DNA of 64,000 nucleotides, taken from an uncultured Desulfospira sp. (GTDB lineage Bacteria > Desulfobacterota > Desulfobacteria > Desulfobacterales > Desulfobacteraceae). Shown one piece after another: positions 46,583 to 55,749 of this stretch. Both the position numbers and the translations under genes were made by a program. How positions within the stretch are numbered: the first letter of the stretch is position 1; each line of letters begins with the position of its first letter. Below the pieces are notes generated by a model. It did no database searches. It was not told where the DNA came from and saw nothing but the letters and a program-made list of their open reading frames with translations. Where the stretch lies: NCBI GenBank assembly GCA_963663165.1, contig OY760175.1, forward strand, positions 768,001 through 832,000, read 5' to 3'.

Positions 46583-49500
46583 ATGAATTCTAAGGGGCGA
46601 ACACAGGGGCTGGCCCCCATTGCCGTTGTTTCAATGGCAGGGATCTTTCCGGGGGCGGGCCATATCAATGAATTTTTCACCCATATTCTGAACAAGCGAC
46701 AGGCTGTTATCCCGGTGCCCGAACACCGGTGGGCCGCGCCGTCCGGGATCATGGTGGAAAAAGGCCATGTTCCGGACAGGGCCGTATCAAACCGTGCCGG
46801 CATCATCACTGATTTTCAATTTGACCCGGCCGGGTTTCTGCTGCCCCAAGATCTTTTAACCGCCCTGGACCCGGTCCATCATTTGGTGCTTCAGGCGGGA
46901 CGTGGGGCCTTTGAAGGCTGCTACTCAAATTCTGATATTTTAAAAAAAACCGGGGTGGTGCTGGCCGCCATCAGCCTGCCCACGGACAGTTCCTCTTTAA
47001 TCTCCATGGAGATTCTCACCAAAAGAAACGCGGCGGTTCCCACTGGGCTGGATGCCCTCAGGGCCTCGGTTGTATCCGGCCCCGGTGCGGTGCTTTGCCG
47101 GGCTTTAGGGCTTTTGGGGGGCTGTTTCACCCTTGATGCGGCCTGTGCATCTTCTTTGTTCGCGGTTAAGCTTGCCTGTGAACAGCTCCGGCTTGGGAAA
47201 ACCGACATGATGCTGGCAGGCGGCGTGTCACGGCCGGACAGCCTCTATACCCAGGTGGGATTTTCCCAGCTGATGGCCCTGTCGCCTTCAGGCCGATGCG
47301 CCCCTTTTGACCACCATGCCGACGGGCTGGTGGTGGGGGAAGGCTGCGGCATTCTGGTCCTAAAACGGCTTAAAGATGCCCTGGACTGCGGTGACCATAT
47401 CTTAGGGATTATCCGGGGGGCCGGGGTATCCAATGACATTGAGGGCAACCTGGTGGCCCCGGCCACCGAAGGCCAGATCCGGGCCATGACCGCAGCTTAC
47501 GAATCCTGCCAGTGGCGGCCGGACCAGATTCAGTACATGGAGTGCCACGGCACGGGCACGCCGGTAGGGGATAAAATCGAAACCCGGAGCATTAAAACCC
47601 TGCTGGATCATTATCAATGCCCCAAAGCACGGCTGGCCATCGGGAGCGTCAAATCCATGATCGGCCACCTGCTCACGGCTGCCGGAGCCGCCTCGTTAAT
47701 CAAGACCCTTCTGGCCTTGACCCATAAAGTCCTGCCGCCCTCAGCCAATTTTGAAGCCTTCCCTGAAGACAGCCCCCTGACAGATACCCGGGTAACGGTT
47801 CAGACAACACCGGAAGACTGGGCACCGGAAAAGCCCGGACAGCCCCGGCGGGCCGGGGTATCGGCCTTTGGATTCGGCGGCATTAACGCCCATGTCCTGG
47901 TAGAAGAGTTTATCAAAGACCCGGTCCTTTATCCGGTTCCCCAATCCTTTCAACCGGACAAACTTGAACCCTGCGCCATTATCGGCATGCATGCCGTGAC
48001 CGGCCGGTGTTCCCATCTGCAGGAATTTGTGGATCTTGTTTTGGGCGGGTCTCTTCCCCAGTGGTCTGAACCCGGTGCCCGGTGGCCCCACCTAGTGGAT
48101 TCCGGGGCATCAAACATTGAATCCGCCTTGATTGACGCATTTACCATGGGGCTTGGGGAATTTCACATCCCCCCCAACCAGTTGGGCGATATCCTGCCCC
48201 AGCACCTGATCCTGCTCAAGGCGGTCAAAGGCGCCTTGGAAGATGCCGGCATTTGCCCAAGGCCCGAAGATCGATCCTTGCGAACCCGCATGGGCGGTGC
48301 CATGGGCATTGATTTTGACTTTAATGCCGCCAATTTCTTCATGCGCTGGAAGCTTTCCGGCAAAGATACCGCCGTCACCGATGATATTCTTGAAAATTTA
48401 AGCCCGCCCCTGACCTTTGACCGGACCTTAGGAGCCCTTGGCGGAATCGCGGCCTCAAGAACGGCCCGGGAATTTCAGCTTGGCGGCCCCTGTTTTACCC
48501 TGTCCGCAGGCGCTGCCTCAGGCATACGGGCCATTGAAACCGCCCTTTACTCCTTGAGCTGCAAGGAAACCCACACCTTTATCGCCGGGGGTGTGGACAT
48601 GGCCGGGGACATCCGGCCGTATTTGCTCAACCGGGCCTGTGACCCTTCGGATACCGGCCCGGTTTCTGAAGGGGCTGCCGCCATTGTATTAAAACGGCTG
48701 GATCAGGCCATCGCAGATAAGGACCGGATTTACGCTGTCATTACCGGGACCGGGTCGGGATCCGGCGGCCGGGTCCCGGGAGAAACCAGCCCGGATGGCG
48801 GGCCGGATACCATGGGCCTTACTGTTTCCCTTGAACAGCTTTTTTCAGGATCTTTAAAGCCTGACATTGATTTTATCGAGACCCACTCCAACGGCACCGG
48901 CCGGATCGGCCAGGCTGAAAGCCAAGGCCTTGAAAATTTCTTCAAGAAACGCTTCACCCGTCCGGTACCCTTAAGATCGGCCCTGCCGGTACTAGGGGAT
49001 ACCCGGTCGGTCTCAGGCCTGCTGTCGGTTATGAAAGCGGCTGTCTGCCTGTACAAAGGGCAGCTGCCCGGACACCGGTTTGCCGATAACTCATTTTTTC
49101 ATGCCCTGCCCCGGGATAAATTTGACCTTTCCCCTGATTTCATACGCCTGATTGCCCCGGAACAGCGACCCTTAAAAGCCCTTGCATCGGCGGTCAGCCT
49201 GGATGGCGTTTTCGGCCATGTTCTTTTAGAGCAGGGACCGGCCTGTCCGAGTTCTCCTGTTCTGGCCCCAAAAAATCCGCCGGTTAAATTCATGCGAATC
49301 AACACCACCCGGCCGCCCCTGTCGCCGGAAGCGCTTAATATTATGAATCAGGCCTTTTATAGCGAACCCGCACCGGCACCTCAGGTTTCTTTCCCCGAAA
49401 ACCATGACCCTCTGCAGCCCAATGATACCGGTTCGGTTCACCCTGAAATCATGGTAAAGGGAACCGCTGCCACGGCCCGGGCCCATGAAAAATTTTTAGA

Positions 49501-50842
49501 ATTCTCCCAGACCACCATGGCCTTGATGCAGGAGCAGTTTGCAACGCTTACCCGACATGCCGCCCAGGTGATGCAGGCGTCAGGACATCAGCCGGCGGCA
49601 GACATTTCTCCTGCCCCTGCCCCGCCCTTGCCCCTTTTGGACCGGGACATGTGCATGGAATTTGCCATTGGCAAGGCCGGAAAGGTTCTTGGGCCCCAAT
49701 TTGATATCATTGACACCTACCCGGCCCGGGTAAGGCTGCCCGGTGCGCCGCTGATGCTGGTGGACCGGATCATGGACATCAAAGGGGATATCTGCTCTCT
49801 TGGCCCCGGTAAAATCGTCACCCAGCACGATGTTAAGGAAAACGCCTGGTATCTGGACGGCGGGAAAACCCCGGTTTCCATTTCCATTGAGGCGGGCCAG
49901 GCCGACTTGTTTTTATGTTCCTATTTAGGCATAGACCATGCTGTTAAAGGAAAGCGAAAATACAGGCTCCTGGATGCCAGGGTCACCTTTCACAGGCCGC
50001 TTCCCCAACCCCATGAAACCATTGAATACCACATTGAAATTGACCGGTTTTTAAAACAGGGGGACATTTACCTGTTCTTCTTCCATTACAAAGGATACAT
50101 CAACGGTGAGCTTTTAATTTCCATGCGGGACGGGTGTGCCGGTTTTTTCACCGATGAGGAAGTCAAAAACTCCGGGGGGATCATTTTAAAACGGGAAGAC
50201 CGTGAACCGGTTCGGGGCGAAACCGCTCCTGAAAGCCGGTTTCTGGTTCCCGTTGAACGGGAAACCCTTTCCAGTCAGAAAGTAGATCATTTACGCCAGG
50301 GCAACCTTGAGGCGGCCTTTGGTCCCCTGTTCAAGGGCGTTACCCTTGGGGCCAACCAGCGGCTTCCCGGCGGTCAAATGCACCTCATTGACCGGGTCCT
50401 TGATCTTGACCCGACAGGGGGACGGTACGGTCTTGGGTCTATCACGGCCCAGGCGGATATCCATCCGGATGACTGGTTTTTAACCTGCCACTTTATTGAT
50501 GATATGGTCATGCCCGGCACCCTGATGTACGAGTGCTGCGCCCATGCCTTAAGGATTTTTGTCCAGCGCTCAGGCTGGGTCAGCCCCCTGGCCCAGGTTC
50601 ATTTTGACGTGCTGCCTCAAAATGAAAGCAATTTGAAATGCCGGGGACCGGTAACGCCTGACACCCGAAAAGCAAGATATGAAATTCATATCAAAAAAAT
50701 GGGGTTTGCCCCCAAACCTTATGTGATTGCAGATGCCCACATGTTTTCCGATGACTTGAGAATTGTATGGTATCAGGATATGGGAATGACACTGGAAGGC
50801 ATCACGAAAAGTGATTTGGAAAAATTTTGGAGAAAAGCATGA
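46583..50842 (+). CDS. PfaC-like polyketide/PUFA synthase subunit (KS-CLF-pseudoDH-DH)
   Basis: Active KS DAACASS, HGTGT, GHL; second KS lacks the Cys; FabA-like WFLTCHF..D.VMPGTL; no AT/ACP/KR seen. Confidence 0.85.
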   Translation: MNSKGRTQGLAPIAVVSMAGIFPGAGHINEFFTHILNKRQAVIPVPEHRWAAPSGIMVEKGHVPDRAVSNRAGIITDFQFDPAGFLLPQDLLTALDPVHHLVLQAGRGAFEGCYSNSDILKKTGVVLAAISLPTDSSSLISMEILTKRNAAVPTGLDALRASVVSGPGAVLCRALGLLGGCFTLDAACASSLFAVKLACEQLRLGKTDMMLAGGVSRPDSLYTQVGFSQLMALSPSGRCAPFDHHADGLVVGEGCGILVLKRLKDALDCGDHILGIIRGAGVSNDIEGNLVAPATEGQIRAMTAAYESCQWRPDQIQYMECHGTGTPVGDKIETRSIKTLLDHYQCPKARLAIGSVKSMIGHLLTAAGAASLIKTLLALTHKVLPPSANFEAFPEDSPLTDTRVTVQTTPEDWAPEKPGQPRRAGVSAFGFGGINAHVLVEEFIKDPVLYPVPQSFQPDKLEPCAIIGMHAVTGRCSHLQEFVDLVLGGSLPQWSEPGARWPHLVDSGASNIESALIDAFTMGLGEFHIPPNQLGDILPQHLILLKAVKGALEDAGICPRPEDRSLRTRMGGAMGIDFDFNAANFFMRWKLSGKDTAVTDDILENLSPPLTFDRTLGALGGIAASRTAREFQLGGPCFTLSAGAASGIRAIETALYSLSCKETHTFIAGGVDMAGDIRPYLLNRACDPSDTGPVSEGAAAIVLKRLDQAIADKDRIYAVITGTGSGSGGRVPGETSPDGGPDTMGLTVSLEQLFSGSLKPDIDFIETHSNGTGRIGQAESQGLENFFKKRFTRPVPLRSALPVLGDTRSVSGLLSVMKAAVCLYKGQLPGHRFADNSFFHALPRDKFDLSPDFIRLIAPEQRPLKALASAVSLDGVFGHVLLEQGPACPSSPVLAPKNPPVKFMRINTTRPPLSPEALNIMNQAFYSEPAPAPQVSFPENHDPLQPNDTGSVHPEIMVKGTAATARAHEKFLEFSQTTMALMQEQFATLTRHAAQVMQASGHQPAADISPAPAPPLPLLDRDMCMEFAIGKAGKVLGPQFDIIDTYPARVRLPGAPLMLVDRIMDIKGDICSLGPGKIVTQHDVKENAWYLDGGKTPVSISIEAGQADLFLCSYLGIDHAVKGKRKYRLLDARVTFHRPLPQPHETIEYHIEIDRFLKQGDIYLFFFHYKGYINGELLISMRDGCAGFFTDEEVKNSGGIILKREDREPVRGETAPESRFLVPVERETLSSQKVDHLRQGNLEAAFGPLFKGVTLGANQRLPGGQMHLIDRVLDLDPTGGRYGLGSITAQADIHPDDWFLTCHFIDDMVMPGTLMYECCAHALRIFVQRSGWVSPLAQVHFDVLPQNESNLKCRGPVTPDTRKARYEIHIKKMGFAPKPYVIADAHMFSDDLRIVWYQDMGMTLEGITKSDLEKFWRKA

Positions 50843-51891
50843 GATATTCAAAGGTATTTATTGAATCTTTCGGGTATGAACTGGCCCCGAATATTGTCAC
50901 CACCACCGAACTTGAAGAACGGCTGGCCCCGTTTTTTGAGGCGGTGGGGTTTGAGCCCGGGCAATTGGAGGCCCTGACCGGTATCAAGGAACGGCGCTAC
51001 TGGGACGTGGACCATACCTTAGGGGAGCATGCCGCCGCCGCCGGGCAAAAGGCCATTGATGAGGCAGGCATTGACCCCGAAGACATTGGTGCCCTGGCTT
51101 ATTGCGGGGTCTGCCAGGACGGGTTTGAACCGGCCACCTCATGCGCCATTGCCGACCAGCTCAATATCGGCCGGACCGCTCATATTTACGATGTTAAATC
51201 CGCCTGTCTGGGCATGGTTACGGGCATGGTCCATGTGGCCAACGAGATTGAGCTGGGCAACATTAAGGCCGGTCTTGTGGTCTCCTGCGAGACCGCCCGG
51301 CAGATTGTGGACTCCACCATTGACGAAATCAACGAGAAAAAGAGCGTGGAATTTTACAAAGAAGCCGTGGCCACCATGACCGGGGGGTCAGGGGCCTGTG
51401 CCATCCTGCTCACAGACGGCAGCTTAGGGCGTGCCGATACCCAGCGCCACGCTGTCAAAGGCGGGGTGGTGAGAAACGCCATCCAGCACCATGCCCTGTG
51501 CCACTGGGGATTTGAAGAAAAGGGCATGCCCACCACCTCAAAAGTGATCATGCGGACCAAAGCCCAGGGCGTTCTGGAACACGGGGTAGGACTTGCCATG
51601 GAAACATATAAAGCATTCAGAAAAGAGTTTAACCTGCCCGAAGACAAGCCCGACAAGTTTATTGCCCATCAGGTCGGGGCCGGTCACCACCACCGGTTTT
51701 ACGACACCTTAGGCATTGACATTAAAAAAGATTTTTGCACCTATCCGTTTTTAGGCAACGTGGGCACGGTTTCTTTGCCCATTACCGCGGCCATCGCTGA
51801 TGAACGCGGATTTCTGAGACCTGGCGATCTTGTGGCCTTTGTCGGGGTGGGGTCCGGGCTCAACTCCTATTTTCTGGGGGTTGAATGGTAA
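50839..51891 (+). CDS. oleA: OleA-type thiolase-fold condensing enzyme
   Basis: LTGIKERR.W, FEPAT (Glu), SACLG (Cys), HQVG, GNVG; ATGA overlap with PKS. Confidence 0.85.
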   Translation: MRYSKVFIESFGYELAPNIVTTTELEERLAPFFEAVGFEPGQLEALTGIKERRYWDVDHTLGEHAAAAGQKAIDEAGIDPEDIGALAYCGVCQDGFEPATSCAIADQLNIGRTAHIYDVKSACLGMVTGMVHVANEIELGNIKAGLVVSCETARQIVDSTIDEINEKKSVEFYKEAVATMTGGSGACAILLTDGSLGRADTQRHAVKGGVVRNAIQHHALCHWGFEEKGMPTTSKVIMRTKAQGVLEHGVGLAMETYKAFRKEFNLPEDKPDKFIAHQVGAGHHHRFYDTLGIDIKKDFCTYPFLGNVGTVSLPITAAIADERGFLRPGDLVAFVGVGSGLNSYFLGVEW

Positions 51892-52838
51892 CCCGTACAA
51901 TTAATGGCAAAGCCGTATCCAGAACCGGATTTGAGGATATTTACCCCTTTGAATCCCGGTTCATGACCGTTAACGGCCACCGGATGCATTATGTGGATGA
52001 AGGCGCAGGACCCGTGGTTCTCATGGTCCACGGCAATCCCACCTGGTCATTTTATTACCGGAACCTGATCAAGGGGCTTTGCCCGAAATTCCGGACTATT
52101 GTTCCCGATCATGTAGGGTGCGGATTTTCAGACAAGCCCCCCCACAGCCCTGGGCCCGACCTTAAACCGGGTACCTATGATTACACCCTGGGTTCCCGGG
52201 TCAGGGATCTTGATGATTTTGTCAACGGCCTGAACCTTTCAAAAGACCGCAAGATAAACCTCATCGTCCATGACTGGGGCGGCATGATCGGCCTTGCCTG
52301 GGCCCTTGATCACCTTAGCCGGGTGGACAAACTGGTCATTACCAATACATCCGGGTTTTTCCTGCCCGAGGGCAAGGCCTTTCCATGGATGTTATGGATA
52401 ATCAAATACCTGACGTGGCTTGCCGTTCCCGCGGTCCTGGGATTAAACATCTTTTCTTTGACCGCCGCCTTTGTCGGGACCAAAACAAGGCTGCCCCAAA
52501 AGGTGCGGCAGGGGTTGACCGCCCCGTATAATTCATGGAAAAACCGGATCGCCACCTTAAAATTTGTCCAGGATATTCCCGTAAGTCCCAAAGACAGGTC
52601 CGGGGTTATTGTGGATCATGTGGACAAAACCCTTCACCGGCTTGACCCTGAGAAATTATTGTTTTTATGGGGGGCCCGGGATTTTGTCTTTGACCTTCAC
52701 TTTTTCAATGAATTTAAACGAAGGTTTCCCACCGCTCAGTCCCATGTATTTGAGGATGCCGGCCACTATCTGTTTGAAGATAAACCGGAACAGATCCTGG
52801 CGCTGATTGATAAATTTTTTAAAGGGGCAAAGGGATAA
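51885..52838 (+). CDS. oleB: OleB-type alpha/beta hydrolase (beta-lactone decarboxylase family)
   Basis: HGNPTWSF, VHDWGG, AGHYLFED; overlaps oleA. Confidence 0.85.
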   Translation: MVTRTINGKAVSRTGFEDIYPFESRFMTVNGHRMHYVDEGAGPVVLMVHGNPTWSFYYRNLIKGLCPKFRTIVPDHVGCGFSDKPPHSPGPDLKPGTYDYTLGSRVRDLDDFVNGLNLSKDRKINLIVHDWGGMIGLAWALDHLSRVDKLVITNTSGFFLPEGKAFPWMLWIIKYLTWLAVPAVLGLNIFSLTAAFVGTKTRLPQKVRQGLTAPYNSWKNRIATLKFVQDIPVSPKDRSGVIVDHVDKTLHRLDPEKLLFLWGARDFVFDLHFFNEFKRRFPTAQSHVFEDAGHYLFEDKPEQILALIDKFFKGAKG

Positions 52839-52881
52839 TCATGATGTAAAAATCGAGGGCTTCTCCCTCTTTTTTTATATT

Positions 52882-52960
52882 CTCACGCAAAGGCGCTAAG
52901 GCGCAAAGAATAACATGGTCTAAAACCATTAAACTTTGCGCCTTTGCGCCTTTGCGTAAG
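52882..52960. repeat. 27-bp inverted repeat built of CGCAAAGG octamers
   Basis: ctcacgcaaaggcgctaaggcgcaaag / ctttgcgcctttgcgcctttgcgtaag, 2 mismatches. Confidence 0.85.
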
Positions 52961-53060
52961 TTCCTTTTTAAAGTGCCCCCGGTTTCCGATCTTTTCGGTC
53001 TCCGGCCTTCCCGTTTCCAACCTTTTTGACTTTTTGTAAAATCCGGGGTACAAAACAACC

Positions 53061-53768
53061 ATGCTTGGATTCGGTAAAAAAAAGGCCAAACAGGCCGGCG
53101 ATAATGACGCATCCGTAACCGAAGAAAAAGAAGACATATCCGGAGAGGAAACCAAATCCTCATCTAAAAAAGGGAAAAAAGGCGGCAAATCCAAAGGCCT
53201 TTTCACCAAAAAGAAAATTTTTCTTCTGATTATTCTGGTGATGCTCGGGACCGGCGGTTATTTCGGGTACACCGTTTTTATGGGACCAAAAGACGGGCAG
53301 GTCCGCTACGTCAAAAAGGAGCTTGGCCATGTGGGGCTCCCCCAGGAGATGCTTAAATTTACGTTCACCCAGATTCCGGACCTTTACCTTGCCATTCTTG
53401 ATTTTGATTCGGAAATGATGATTTTTGACAATGAAATCCAACGGATCCAGGCGGTGGGAGAAAAATACCCGGATCAGCAAAAAATCGCCGAAAAGGAAAA
53501 AAAGGTCTGGGAAAAATCCAGAGGCAGCCTGGTCAAAGAATTTTCAAAGATTGAAAAACCCATCAAAGAGATGTATGTCCTATACCAGGTCAACCCTGAA
53601 CAGGGGACCGCAAAGGTTGCCGAAAAGGGTGAAGAACTGGTAGCGACTGCCCGGAACGCCCTTGCCACGGCCCAGGAACAGACCCAAAAACTTAAACAGG
53701 ACGAGGCAGCAGCGCCTGAAGGCTTATTTCCCGGCCTGATCTACAAACTAAAAAAGAAATTTCTATGA
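53061..53768 (+). CDS. Hypothetical single-pass membrane protein with coiled coil
   Basis: Lys-rich N-terminus, TM IFLLIILVMLGTGGYFGY, helical C-part; ATGA overlap with oleC. Confidence 0.75.
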   Translation: MLGFGKKKAKQAGDNDASVTEEKEDISGEETKSSSKKGKKGGKSKGLFTKKKIFLLIILVMLGTGGYFGYTVFMGPKDGQVRYVKKELGHVGLPQEMLKFTFTQIPDLYLAILDFDSEMMIFDNEIQRIQAVGEKYPDQQKIAEKEKKVWEKSRGSLVKEFSKIEKPIKEMYVLYQVNPEQGTAKVAEKGEELVATARNALATAQEQTQKLKQDEAAAPEGLFPGLIYKLKKKFL

Positions 53769-55420
53769 CCTCATACGCCAATATCTCCTTAAGTCTTGAA
53801 CAGGCCAGATTAAATTTTCCTTATAAAAGAGCCGTGGTTTACCCTTCCGGACGGGACAAAAACAACCGGGTGCTATACAGCCAGCTAAACTTTACCCAGC
53901 TTGATGTTCTATCGGACCAGGCCGCTTTTGGCCTGGTCAGCATGGGCATTACCCGGGGGGCCCGGACCATTCTCATGGTACCGCCGGGCATTGATTTTTT
54001 TATTGCCATCTTTGCCATGTTCAAGGTCGGGGCAGTCCCGGTGGTGGTGGACCCGGGCATGGGCATCAACCGGATGCTCCAATGCCTGGAACAGGGAATG
54101 CCCAAGGCCTTTATCGGTATTGAAAAGGCCCATGTCCTTAGAACCTTTAAGCCCAAATACTTTCATTCGGTCAAGCACTGGGTAACGGTGGGGAAAAAAT
54201 GGTTCTGGAACGGACAGACCCTGAACCATCTGATCCAGGATACCAAAGAGCCTTTTCCCAAGGCGGCGACCACCGTCGATGAAACCGCGGCCATTGTCTT
54301 TACCACCGGCTCCACCGGCCCGGCCAAAGGCGTGGTCTACACCCACGGCAACTTTGACGCCCAGATCCGGCAGATCAAAGACCATTTTCATATCGGCCCC
54401 GATGAAATTGATCTGCCCACCTTTCCCTTGTTTGCCCTGTTTGACCCGGCCTTAGGGATGACGGCCGTGATTCCGGACATGGACCCCACCAAGCCGGCCC
54501 AGGTAAACCCCCAAAAAATCATTGAAGCCGTTGAAAACCACGGGGTCACCAACATGTTTGCCTCCCCTGCCCTGCTCAACCGGGTCGGGGCCTACGGCAA
54601 GGCGCACAAGATTAAGCTGCCGTCCCTTCGGCGGGTGGTGTCGGCAGGGGCACCGGTTTCACCGGCCAACATTAAACAGTTTTCATTCATGCTGTCTTCA
54701 GACACCCAGATTCATACCCCCTACGGGGCCACGGAAGCGGTTCCCATTATTTCCATCGGGTCAAAAGAAATCTTGACGGAAACCCAGCAATTGAGCGAAC
54801 AGGGCTTTGGCATGTGTGTGGGCCGGCCCATCTGCGATACCCAGGTCAGGATTATTGAAATCACGGACAAGCCCATTGCCAGGCTTGAAGATGCCAGGCC
54901 TGTTTCAGAAAACCAGGTGGGTGAAATCATTGTCAATGCCGAACTGGTTACCAGCCAGTATTTCAACAACCCTGAAGCCGATCGGCTGTCCAAGATCAAA
55001 GACCCGGACGGATCGGTCTGGCACCGCATGGGCGATCTGGCATGGATGGACTCCAAAGGGCGGCTCTGGTTTTGCGGCCGGAAAAACCACCGGGTGGAAA
55101 CCCCCAAGGAAACCTTGTTCACCATTCCCGTGGAGGCCATTTTCAATAATCACCCCAAAGTGTTCAGAAGCGCGCTGGCCGGGGTGGGCGCACCGCCTGC
55201 CCAGATGCCGGTGATCTTTATTGAGCCCAACACAAAGATTTCCAATAAAACCGTATTTATCAAAGAGCTTCAGGACCTTGCCGCTGCCAATCCCATGACC
55301 AGCGGCATAAAGCACATATTCATTGAAAAGGCGTTCCCCGTGGACATCCGGCACAACTCCAAAATTTTCCGGGAAAAGCTGGCGGTTAAAGCAAAAAAGC
55401 TGTTGGAGGGCGGTCGTTAG
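53765..55420 (+). CDS. oleC: OleC-type AMP-dependent ligase (beta-lactone synthetase family)
   Basis: FTTGSTGPAKG, TPYGATE, WHRMGD, FPVDIRHNSKIFRE. Confidence 0.87.
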   Translation: MTSYANISLSLEQARLNFPYKRAVVYPSGRDKNNRVLYSQLNFTQLDVLSDQAAFGLVSMGITRGARTILMVPPGIDFFIAIFAMFKVGAVPVVVDPGMGINRMLQCLEQGMPKAFIGIEKAHVLRTFKPKYFHSVKHWVTVGKKWFWNGQTLNHLIQDTKEPFPKAATTVDETAAIVFTTGSTGPAKGVVYTHGNFDAQIRQIKDHFHIGPDEIDLPTFPLFALFDPALGMTAVIPDMDPTKPAQVNPQKIIEAVENHGVTNMFASPALLNRVGAYGKAHKIKLPSLRRVVSAGAPVSPANIKQFSFMLSSDTQIHTPYGATEAVPIISIGSKEILTETQQLSEQGFGMCVGRPICDTQVRIIEITDKPIARLEDARPVSENQVGEIIVNAELVTSQYFNNPEADRLSKIKDPDGSVWHRMGDLAWMDSKGRLWFCGRKNHRVETPKETLFTIPVEAIFNNHPKVFRSALAGVGAPPAQMPVIFIEPNTKISNKTVFIKELQDLAAANPMTSGIKHIFIEKAFPVDIRHNSKIFREKLAVKAKKLLEGGR

Positions 55421-55457
55421 CTATTAAGCTGTTAGCCTTTAGCTATTAGCTGTTAGC
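55416..55457. repeat. NTTAGCY heptamer array after oleC stop
   Basis: gttagct attaagct gttagcc tttagct attagct gttagc. Confidence 0.75.
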
Positions 55458-55487
55458 GAATGGTTATAAGTCCTTATAGCTATATGT

Positions 55488-55573
55488 GGTGGGCAACACT
55501 TACGCTGGTTCGCTTTTGCCCACCTACAGGATTCCCGAAATCGGTAGGGGTGGGCACGCCCTTTGTGCCCACC
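55488..55573. repeat. Two oppositely oriented GTAG-type REP-like hairpins
   Basis: ggtgggcaa..ttgcccacc-tac and gtag-gggtgggcac..gtgcccacc. Confidence 0.7.
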
Positions 55574-55620
55574 GCAGTGCTACCCCGATTGTCCGGCTGG
55601 AACCAGCTTTGCGGGCTCTG

Positions 55621-55747
55621 GTGTTTGGACGAAAAGTTGCCCATATGCAAGGCGCCAAAAAAATTTGAAACCGGAGCAGCCTTCAGGGCTGTGAGGATTT
55701 CAAATTTTTTTGCAACGCAGCAGATGGGTGACTTTTCGTCCAAACAC
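55621..55747. repeat. ~125-bp nested palindromic repeat, copy 2
   Basis: Ends gtgtttggacgaaaag / cttttcgtccaaacac; inverted homolog of 8174-8298. Confidence 0.85.
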
Positions 55748-55749
55748 CT

